Source of the DNA: Candidatus Woesearchaeota archaeon
Lineage (GTDB): Archaea > Nanobdellota > Nanobdellia > Pacearchaeales > GW2011-AR1
Length of the DNA: 64,000 nt
Direction of reading: 5' to 3'
Assembly: GCA_964576755.1 (NCBI GenBank)
Contig: CAZNUV010000004.1
Location: 740 to 64,739, forward strand
A model generated the notes under the pieces. That model saw only the letters and a list, made by a program, of their open reading frames with translations, ran no database searches and was not told where the DNA came from. The first letter of the stretch is position 1. The number at the start of each line of letters is the position of its first letter. Shown in pieces: positions 39,111 through 46,718 of this stretch. A program made the position numbers and the translations under genes.

Positions 39111-39339
39111 CTATTTTTGATACTGGCTTTTTGGGATGTAAAATTAAGGTGTTCGACGGTAGAATTTGGGTAAATTTCGGTTTTGATACCCCCCGAATAT
39201 AAGTAGGTTGATACTATATTCTATTGGGAGGATTATTATTTAAGGCGGTTAAAGGTTTATGTGAGGGTGCTAACTAAGGTACTATAAACGGCCCAAAGAT
39301 TTAAAAAGAAAGGAGTTTTTGAAGTTTTAAGGAGGTTAA

Positions 39340-40338
39340 ATGACTAAAGAAAAATTTACGGTTGTAGAATTATTTGCAGGAGCAGGGGGTCTTGCTATCG
39401 GGCTGGAAAAAGCGGGATTAAAAAATGTGTTCTTAAATGAAATAGATAAGGATTGCGTTAATACTTTGAAAAAAAATAGGCCTAAATGGAATATAGTTCA
39501 TGAAGATGTGAGAAAATTAGATTTTAAAGGAATAAAAGCAGATGTTGTAACAGGAGGATTTCCATGTCAAGCGTTTAGTTATGCTGGAAAAAGATTAGGA
39601 TTTGAAGATACTAGGGGGACATTATTCTTTGAATTTGCTAGAGCTATAAAAGAAATACAACCTAAAATATTTATTGGAGAAAATGTAGCTGGATTAGTTT
39701 CTCATGACAAAGGTCAAACATTGAAAACTATGATTAGAATTTTGGAAGAAGACTTAGATCATTATGATATTCAGTATAAAGTATTAAACGCAACAGATTA
39801 TTCTGTTCCTCAAAAGAGAAAGAGGATATTAATTGTTGGTACAAAAAAAGGATTTAAATTTGAATATCCAAAAAAACATGAGAAAGTAGTTGTTCTGAGA
39901 GAAGCTTTGAAAGATGTTCCTAAATCTGTAGGTACACAATATTCAGAAAAAAGAAAAAAGGTTTTAGATTTAGTACCTCCCGGAGGTTGTTGGATAAATC
40001 TTCCAGAAGACATTAAAAAAGAGTTTATGGGGGTTAGTTTCCATAGTGGAGGTGGAAAAAGGGGGATGGCTAGAAGAATCTCTTGGGATGAGCCTTGTTT
40101 AACTTTAACAACTTCCCCTTCACAAAAACAAACTGAACGGTGTCATCCTAAAGAAACTAGGCCTTTTACAGTAAGAGAATATGCCAGAATTCAGACATTT
40201 CCTGATGATTGGGAATTTACTGGGAGCATTTCTTCTCAATATAAACAGATTGGTAATGCGGTGCCTGTAAAATTAGCAGAAGAAGTAGGTAAAGAAATAA
40301 TCAAGACTTTAAAATCATTTAATGAAATGCATAATTAA
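39340..40338 (+). CDS. DNA (cytosine-5) methyltransferase
   Basis: ELFAGAGGL (motif I), GGFPCQAFS (motif IV), ENV (motif VI), QIGNAVP (motif X). TAAGGAGGT precedes the ATG. Confidence 0.92.
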   Translation: MTKEKFTVVELFAGAGGLAIGLEKAGLKNVFLNEIDKDCVNTLKKNRPKWNIVHEDVRKLDFKGIKADVVTGGFPCQAFSYAGKRLGFEDTRGTLFFEFARAIKEIQPKIFIGENVAGLVSHDKGQTLKTMIRILEEDLDHYDIQYKVLNATDYSVPQKRKRILIVGTKKGFKFEYPKKHEKVVVLREALKDVPKSVGTQYSEKRKKVLDLVPPGGCWINLPEDIKKEFMGVSFHSGGGKRGMARRISWDEPCLTLTTSPSQKQTERCHPKETRPFTVREYARIQTFPDDWEFTGSISSQYKQIGNAVPVKLAEEVGKEIIKTLKSFNEMHN

Positions 40339-41020
40339 AGAATTCTAAAAGTTTTGTCATTTCTATTTCATTTATAGAAAATTCAGATTTTCTTAGATCC
40401 TTTATTGCTAAAGCAAGAGCTTTCCAAGTTTTTTCTAGAGCTTTAGGATCTCCAGTAACTAATTCATATACTTTACTTCCCCAAACCTTTCTTATTCTTT
40501 CATCACTTTTTCCGCCCTTTTTCCAAATAATATCTCCAGAATCTCCGTTTTTACTAACTAAAAATGCCCAATAAGCCTTAACTTTGGGATTATTTCTTAC
40601 AGCCATTTCTAATTTATCTCGACATTTATCAGTAGAATCTGAATTCATAGTATTAAATTTATTTTTTAATTCAATAAAAATGCTTTTATCTGATTTCATG
40701 AGATCTACTTTTGAATCATCTCCAACACCTAAATCTACCCACCCATTTACTTTGCCCAACAACTTTTGATGGAATTCCCCTATTCGATTATTGATAGTTT
40801 TGTCATTTTGTCTTATTCTTTCTGAGGAGATCCATTCATCAGTTTGTAATTCTCCGTTTATTATATCAAAAATTAATTTAAAAGGATCAATAGTATTTTT
40901 CTGCAATTTTTTCATATCTATTTCTTCTGAATCTGTAGGATATGCTTCACAAACCCATTTAACACACTTTAAAAAATCTTCATCAGACACAAAGTCCACA
41001 TATTTATTTTTGTTAGCCAT
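40319..41020 (-). CDS. Type II restriction endonuclease candidate (Eco47II/Sau96I-like by recollection)
   Basis: Convergent with the m5C MTase, with a 20-nt overlap. ..KVDLMKSDKSIFIELKNKFNTMNS.. looks like a D..E-x-K core. The family name is from memory of similar sequences and was not searched. Confidence 0.55.
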   Translation of the reverse strand: MANKNKYVDFVSDEDFLKCVKWVCEAYPTDSEEIDMKKLQKNTIDPFKLIFDIINGELQTDEWISSERIRQNDKTINNRIGEFHQKLLGKVNGWVDLGVGDDSKVDLMKSDKSIFIELKNKFNTMNSDSTDKCRDKLEMAVRNNPKVKAYWAFLVSKNGDSGDIIWKKGGKSDERIRKVWGSKVYELVTGDPKALEKTWKALALAIKDLRKSEFSINEIEMTKLLEFFNYAFH

Positions 41021-41284
41021 GGGTATAATAAACTTCTATGCTTTTTAGACTTTACTGAGAGCAAATTCCCAAAAACCTAATTGTCCCTTAGCTTTAATAG
41101 GTTTAATTCGCTTAATATTACTTAAAAGAAACCTATAAGTTCCAAATTCTTCTGTTGCTAGGTGTAGATTTTTATCTTTCCTTTCTTCTTATAATTCCAA
41201 TAGTTTTGGTTTCATTAAGAATCTTATTGCCTTTATCTAAAAAGAAAAAAAAGATCCGGGTATTAAATAGGATTTAATTAATAA

Positions 41285-41677
41285 TTATTTTAATTTTTTC
41301 CTCAAATCATCTAAATCTTCATAAACAATAATCTTATCTGCACAAGCCTCTAAAAAGTTGGCTTCTGTGCCTTTTTGATGGATAATTATAATTTTCTTCT
41401 TTAATGCTTTTGCATATCCTACCTCAAAATAAACTCCATTTGCTTTTTCAGAAGCCTCAACAAGAAGAGCATCACATTTTTCTATTGTCTTGTACGCTTT
41501 TTTTACAACCTCTTTGATTGGCATTTTAATCTTACCCCAATCTTGTGTATCTCTAAAAAATATAAATGTTTTATAGCCTAAAGTTTCTTCCACAACATTA
41601 CTTAATTCTTCAAGCTTTTGTTTTAACAAAACAGGATCAGAATCCTTAAATTTATAAGCTATGTATATTTTTTTCAT
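41285..41677 (-). CDS. Nucleoside 2-deoxyribosyltransferase-like (NDT/Rcl fold) protein
   Basis: 130 aa. MKKIYIAYKF.. Rossmann-like start and ..GVYFEVGYAKALKKKIIII.., which matches the catalytic Glu / G-x-A / GK-P-h block of the family. Confidence 0.6.
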   Translation of the reverse strand: MKKIYIAYKFKDSDPVLLKQKLEELSNVVEETLGYKTFIFFRDTQDWGKIKMPIKEVVKKAYKTIEKCDALLVEASEKANGVYFEVGYAKALKKKIIIIHQKGTEANFLEACADKIIVYEDLDDLRKKLK

Positions 41678-41678
41678 T

Positions 41679-43043
41679 TTAAGCTACTTTTATTTTTCTC
41701 CTACTTCCACTAGGATAATATAGATTATAAGCTTTTCTTAGCATTTCATTTAATTGTTTTGGACTAGCCTCACAAAAAGACAAATCATTACTTATATGAT
41801 ATTTATCAAAATTCTGATTGGGAATATCTAAGGGGACTTGATCTTGCAAATGATTATATGCTTGAAGCTGTTTATCTCCATATTTTTTTCTTAAGGAATT
41901 ATACATCTTAGTTCCTGGATAAGCCTTAACTAAAACAAAACAAGCAGTATCAGTATTAAGCTCTCTTGCTAAGTTTAGTGTTTGATTCATTTCACTTAAT
42001 GTTTCAGTTGGAAATCCAAACATATAATATGCCTTTGTTCTTATCCCAACTTCCTGACAATATTGAACAGCTTTTCTTGCCTGTTCAGGAGTTGTTCCTT
42101 TTTTAATTGAATCTAAAATTCTTTGGCTTCCTGATTCAATTCCAAAAACCAATTGATAACAACCTGCTTGATTAATTTTCTGTAAAAATTCTTTTCCAAA
42201 TCTTGCAGTAATATCTGTTCTAGCTAATGCTCTCCACTTAATCCCTAAATCTCTTTTCTGCAATTCTTCAGCTAAGTGCAAGACCCTATCTTGATTATAA
42301 ATAAAATCATTATCTAAGAAATGGACAGAATTAATGCCATATTCCTGTTTTAACATTTCCATTTCATTTACAATATTTTCTATACTTCTAGTCCTAATTT
42401 TTCTGCCAGAGGTTAGTGGAGCAGAACAAAAACTACAGATATAAGGACATCCCCTTGAACCCATAATAACAGATTTTAAATTTCCATTTTCTTGATAAGG
42501 ATCTTTTACAAAAAAATATCTATTAATAAAAGGTAAAGAATCTAAATCTTCAATTTTCTCTCTTTCAGGATTATGTATAATTTTATTTCCAGAAAAGTAT
42601 GAAATTCCTTTAACCCCTAGAGGGTTAAAATTATTATTAAGAAGTTCTGTTAAAGTTAATTCCCCTTCGCCTCGGACCAAGATATCAGTCTCAGGAATTA
42701 ATTTTAAAGATTGCTCAGGATTAATTGTTGCATGAGTTCCGCCAGTAATAATTTTAGTTTTGGGACTTTTCTGCTTAATCTCTTGAACAATTTGTTTGCT
42801 TAAATTAATGGTGGGAGTTATAAGATTTATTCCAACCAAATCAGGGTTTTCAGATAATGCACTATCGACAGATTGTTCTAAGGATAATCCTTTTGCTTCA
42901 GAATCAATAAGTCTAACATTATGTCCTAAATTTTGGGCAGTTGTAGCTAAGTAACCTAACCCAATTGGGGGTGTGGTGTAGTATTCTTTCTTTGCTTTCT
43001 TTCCGTAATCTTGTAATGGTGAATTAATAAAAATTATGTCCAT
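41679..43043 (-). CDS. B12-binding-domain radical SAM enzyme (class B)
   Basis: N-terminal B12-binding-like Rossmann region (..PPIGLGYLAT..LVGINL..IITGGTHAT..) followed by GSRGCPYICSFCS (CxxxCxxC). Confidence 0.8.
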   Translation of the reverse strand: MDIIFINSPLQDYGKKAKKEYYTTPPIGLGYLATTAQNLGHNVRLIDSEAKGLSLEQSVDSALSENPDLVGINLITPTINLSKQIVQEIKQKSPKTKIITGGTHATINPEQSLKLIPETDILVRGEGELTLTELLNNNFNPLGVKGISYFSGNKIIHNPEREKIEDLDSLPFINRYFFVKDPYQENGNLKSVIMGSRGCPYICSFCSAPLTSGRKIRTRSIENIVNEMEMLKQEYGINSVHFLDNDFIYNQDRVLHLAEELQKRDLGIKWRALARTDITARFGKEFLQKINQAGCYQLVFGIESGSQRILDSIKKGTTPEQARKAVQYCQEVGIRTKAYYMFGFPTETLSEMNQTLNLARELNTDTACFVLVKAYPGTKMYNSLRKKYGDKQLQAYNHLQDQVPLDIPNQNFDKYHISNDLSFCEASPKQLNEMLRKAYNLYYPSGSRRKIKVA

Positions 43044-43059
43044 AATAACTCCAGTTACC

Positions 43060-44163
43060 TCAATTCATCTCCTTTAAATTAATAACAATACTATCAACAG
43101 TCCGCTTAGGTTTTCTATTGCCGATTATTAATCCTTGATTTTTTAGATAATTAAAATAAGTAGAAATTGTACTAAGATTAATCCCTGTTTTTTTAGAAAT
43201 ATCTAAACTGCTATTTGTTCCATTACATAATTTTAGAATTTCTAATTTAATATTGTTAAGGGGCTTAATCTGTCTTTCAAATTCTTTTTTATTTGATATA
43301 AATAAACTTCTTGTTCTTTCTTTTGAATTTTGCTTTTGAATTATCTTCTGGATCTTAGAAAAATAATCATAAAGTCCTTCACTTACCTGCCCAATAAATT
43401 TCTTTTTTGTTTTACTTAGTTTTAATGATCTTAAAACAGGACTAAAAACTTCGATTAAATCGCTAATCTCCTTATCTGAGATTTTCTTACCCGCATAATG
43501 GGACTTAACTATGTCCCTGATTTTCTCTTTAGACATTTCAATAGATGGAATCTCTTCCTTATCTGAGATTATAACTGGAACTTTTCTAACAAAGATTGGT
43601 TTAGGTGATTCATATTTAAGATAAGTTGTAGAAAGATAAGAAATTATTTCTTTCTGAAATATTCTAAATCTTTCAGAAGTTAGATAATAATTCGGAGCTG
43701 TTGGACATAATTCTGGAAATAACTCTGGCAAATTCATTGCAATAAGATAATCAGAGATAATGTAATTTATCTTAGACAGGCTAATCTGATTAAAAGGGAT
43801 ATATTCGATTTCAAAACCTTTTTTCAAATTTTCAATTTTAAATCTAGATAAAATTCTCTGTAATGTTGAAGAAAATTCTGAATTTTTTAATAGCCGGTCC
43901 ATTGCATCAGACAAATATAGGATCTTATAGTTCATATTAAGCGAGGTCATTAATTTTTCAAGAACCGCCACATTTTCCTGTAATTTCTGAATCTTGTTTT
44001 TTGTATAATCTAAACCTTTCCCAAAAACTGGATGTTCAAAAACAAAATTATCCCAAACACAAAGATAAATCTTTTTTGGGTTTTGTTTTTTCAAATAATA
44101 AATATGATTTATGTTAGTATATGAATTTGTAACAGGGCTAATATTTGTATAAATTATCTTCAT
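43060..44163 (-). CDS. Unknown N-terminal domain fused to a C-terminal winged-helix HTH
   Basis: C-terminus ..ILKLCNGTNSSLDISKKTGINLSTISTYFNYLKNQGLI.. is ArsR/MarR-like. The N-terminal 280 aa are unassigned and include ..PSIEMSKEK... Confidence 0.5.
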   Translation of the reverse strand: MKIIYTNISPVTNSYTNINHIYYLKKQNPKKIYLCVWDNFVFEHPVFGKGLDYTKNKIQKLQENVAVLEKLMTSLNMNYKILYLSDAMDRLLKNSEFSSTLQRILSRFKIENLKKGFEIEYIPFNQISLSKINYIISDYLIAMNLPELFPELCPTAPNYYLTSERFRIFQKEIISYLSTTYLKYESPKPIFVRKVPVIISDKEEIPSIEMSKEKIRDIVKSHYAGKKISDKEISDLIEVFSPVLRSLKLSKTKKKFIGQVSEGLYDYFSKIQKIIQKQNSKERTRSLFISNKKEFERQIKPLNNIKLEILKLCNGTNSSLDISKKTGINLSTISTYFNYLKNQGLIIGNRKPKRTVDSIVINLKEMN

Positions 44164-44804
44164 AAAACTCCTATGACTTCTTTAAGAGATTTAACTAAAA
44201 TTCCTTTTATTCCAACATTTTCTGCCCCAATAACTTCATAGTCATCATGAGAAACAAAGATACTCTTTTCTGCAGTGATGTTTGCTCTTCTTAATGCTTC
44301 CCGATAAATTTTGGGATGTGGTTTTCTATGTCCAACTTGATAAGAGATAATAATGGGATCAAACATGCTAAGCATTTTCTCTTGGTTTAGTTCTGTAATT
44401 AAAGAATCATGGGGGAGGTTGGAAATTATTCCTAGATTGTATTCTTCAGATAATTTGTTTAAAATTCTCTTAGAATGAGGAAACGGAGTACTATTGTGAT
44501 CATTAAATTTATAGATATCTTCTAAGTGTTGAATATCTGCTTTAATCCCTAAATTTGAAACCATTAAGCCCATTATTTGATTCATTGTCCACTCAGAATT
44601 ATCCTGATTTCTAACCTCTAAATAGGTTTCAATTGCCTTATTGTGTGCGGTTTCTAGGGCTTGTGTGCTTACTTTTCCATTGTTTAATAAGTTAATATAA
44701 GTTAATGCTAATTTGTGGGCTCTTTGAAGGGTTTCCCTATTAAAATCGTAATTGAATATCAGTCCGCCATAATCTAGGAATAAATTCCTTTTTTCTTTAG
44801 TCAT
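44160..44804 (-). CDS. HAD-superfamily (subfamily IA-like) hydrolase
   Basis: Motif I LFLDYGGLIF (D-x-G rather than D-x-D), motif II IISNL, motif III GHRKPHPKIY, motif IV VSHDDYEVIGAENVG. Confidence 0.7.
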   Translation of the reverse strand: MTKEKRNLFLDYGGLIFNYDFNRETLQRAHKLALTYINLLNNGKVSTQALETAHNKAIETYLEVRNQDNSEWTMNQIMGLMVSNLGIKADIQHLEDIYKFNDHNSTPFPHSKRILNKLSEEYNLGIISNLPHDSLITELNQEKMLSMFDPIIISYQVGHRKPHPKIYREALRRANITAEKSIFVSHDDYEVIGAENVGIKGILVKSLKEVIGVL

Positions 44805-44972
44805 TTTCTGAAATTATCAAGAACTCTTTCTCCCTTTTGGGGCTAGAAATTTAAGAAAATCAGAGTTCTTAAACTTTATTGTTTTTTGATAAATACGTGA
44901 ACCTAACTCTTATATAATTGTGAAGTTATATATTCTTAGCTCTAAGGGAAAAAGTGGTTTTAGTAAAGTACC

Positions 44973-45251
44973 ATGAAACAAACACCTATAAAAAATAGTC
45001 CTCTTCTTCCAAGAAGAATAATCAATGTAAAAGGAAAAGTCCATTATAGTGAGAGTAATCAGGCTTGGAACACTATTAAACTAAAAACAGAATTTCTTAA
45101 TGAATTTCAACAATTAAAAGAAAAAAGATCCAAGTTTTCTTATGAAATGTTATTTGGAAGAACTGAAGAAGAAATGGTTGAAGCTATAAAGAAAATTATA
45201 AAAGATAAAAATTTGATGCCGATTTTGATGTTTTTGTATAAGGATGGGTAA
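44973..45251 (+). CDS. Hypothetical protein
   Basis: 92-aa ORF just upstream of the next gene. Confidence 0.4.
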   Translation: MKQTPIKNSPLLPRRIINVKGKVHYSESNQAWNTIKLKTEFLNEFQQLKEKRSKFSYEMLFGRTEEEMVEAIKKIIKDKNLMPILMFLYKDG

Positions 45252-45281
45252 AATTTTAAACCTTAAATCTTATTGAGAGGT

Positions 45282-46001
45282 ATGGAACAAGACAAAAAGT
45301 ATAAAAAAATAACATCCGATATAAACTTTTTAATGAAAAAGTGTTATTATCTTAAGGAAAAATTCTTGGGTTGTTATATGTCAACCAAAGAAATTTTGGA
45401 AAAACAAGCTAGGGAGGATGCTATTAATCAAATTTTAAAAACTTCTTCACTTAGATTTGATGGAACTCATGAGACTGTTTTTGAATCAGGGTTTACTTCT
45501 GAAATGAATAATTCTTGTTTTTTTGAATTTGATTCATTTATGTTAGAATGTAAAAGAAGTATAGACTATATTATCAAAGCAATTAGGTTTTGGTTGGGTT
45601 TTAAAGATATTATGAAAAAAGGAAAAGGAACAGAATCTTTTTTTAAAAGTTTAAATCCAGATTTTAAAGAAAATCGTAGAGAAGATTGTATTAAAATTAT
45701 AAAAATTTATCCAGATTTTGCAAATTTTTTGTGGTATGAATGGGGACGATGGATAAAAAAATTACATAAATATCGGACAATAAGTGTTCATAATTACATC
45801 CCTAATCATGTTCATGGGAAAATCAAAGTTTTTTGGAATTCTGTAGCCCAAAAAGATTCTCCTAGTGAAGTTACTTTGGATGGAATTTTTTTGGATGGGG
45901 AAAATATTGAAGATTATGTGAAAAAAACCCTCTCAGATTTAGCCTCATTTGATGCATATGTCTATGGATTTTCTGGAAAAATAGATTCTCTCCAAACTTA
46001 G
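45282..46001 (+). CDS. Hypothetical protein with R-x4-H (HEPN-like) motif
   Basis: Track start TTG 45273; ATG 45282. Mostly helical by composition, with ..KLHKYRTISVHNY... Confidence 0.4.
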   Translation: MEQDKKYKKITSDINFLMKKCYYLKEKFLGCYMSTKEILEKQAREDAINQILKTSSLRFDGTHETVFESGFTSEMNNSCFFEFDSFMLECKRSIDYIIKAIRFWLGFKDIMKKGKGTESFFKSLNPDFKENRREDCIKIIKIYPDFANFLWYEWGRWIKKLHKYRTISVHNYIPNHVHGKIKVFWNSVAQKDSPSEVTLDGIFLDGENIEDYVKKTLSDLASFDAYVYGFSGKIDSLQT

Positions 46002-46007
46002 AAATTA

Positions 46008-46673
46008 TCACTTAGCAATTTCCACACATTCACAAGTCTTAGCCTTGCTATTGGAAGTACTACAACTTACAGTAGAGCCATCAACAACGTAATGACCATC
46101 TTGACATAACCAATCCACACCGATAGGATCGCAAACATCGTCACAATCAAAAGCACTTCCACCATTATAACACCAGTAATGTTCATCAGTATAATCTGAA
46201 TAAAGTTTAATACATCCGGTTAGTGTTAATACATCTGCAGTTAAAGAATCTCCTAAAGCAATATCTCCTTTAACTGTTAATACATCATCTATTACAGCGT
46301 CATCATCTACCTGTAGGTCGTCAGTATCAACTGTTCCAGTTATATCTGCTACAGCATTATCCTGTAATTTGAGCCATACAGAAGGACTTTGACTACCATC
46401 TAAGACCTGTAAGGCAAAAGTTGAATCATCATCTCCTTGTCCTTGTAGATATATTGTGGTCTCTGAATCTAAACTGTCCCTACCGACAGCCATTCTTCCT
46501 AGGATAATTGTATTTCCACTAGTTTCTAAATCGTTTAGATCAAGATCCCCCTCTTTCATAATTACGTTTCCTGCAAAAACAACAATTGAAAAGGTTATAA
46601 TAAAAATGATAGATAAGGTTAATAAATTAGTCTTTAGAAATTTTATAACTTTTATCCCTTTTTTCCCTTCCAT
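46008..46673 (-). CDS. Anchored/exported protein with acidic beta-rich middle and Cys-rich C-terminus
   Basis: N-terminal TM, D/T/V-rich repeats, C-terminal 8 Cys. Last gene of the surface-protein operon. Confidence 0.5.
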   Translation of the reverse strand: MEGKKGIKVIKFLKTNLLTLSIIFIITFSIVVFAGNVIMKEGDLDLNDLETSGNTIILGRMAVGRDSLDSETTIYLQGQGDDDSTFALQVLDGSQSPSVWLKLQDNAVADITGTVDTDDLQVDDDAVIDDVLTVKGDIALGDSLTADVLTLTGCIKLYSDYTDEHYWCYNGGSAFDCDDVCDPIGVDWLCQDGHYVVDGSTVSCSTSNSKAKTCECVEIAK

Positions 46674-46718
46674 TTTCTTATATTTTATATTTATCCAAAC
46701 TTATAAATTTTGTGTTTT

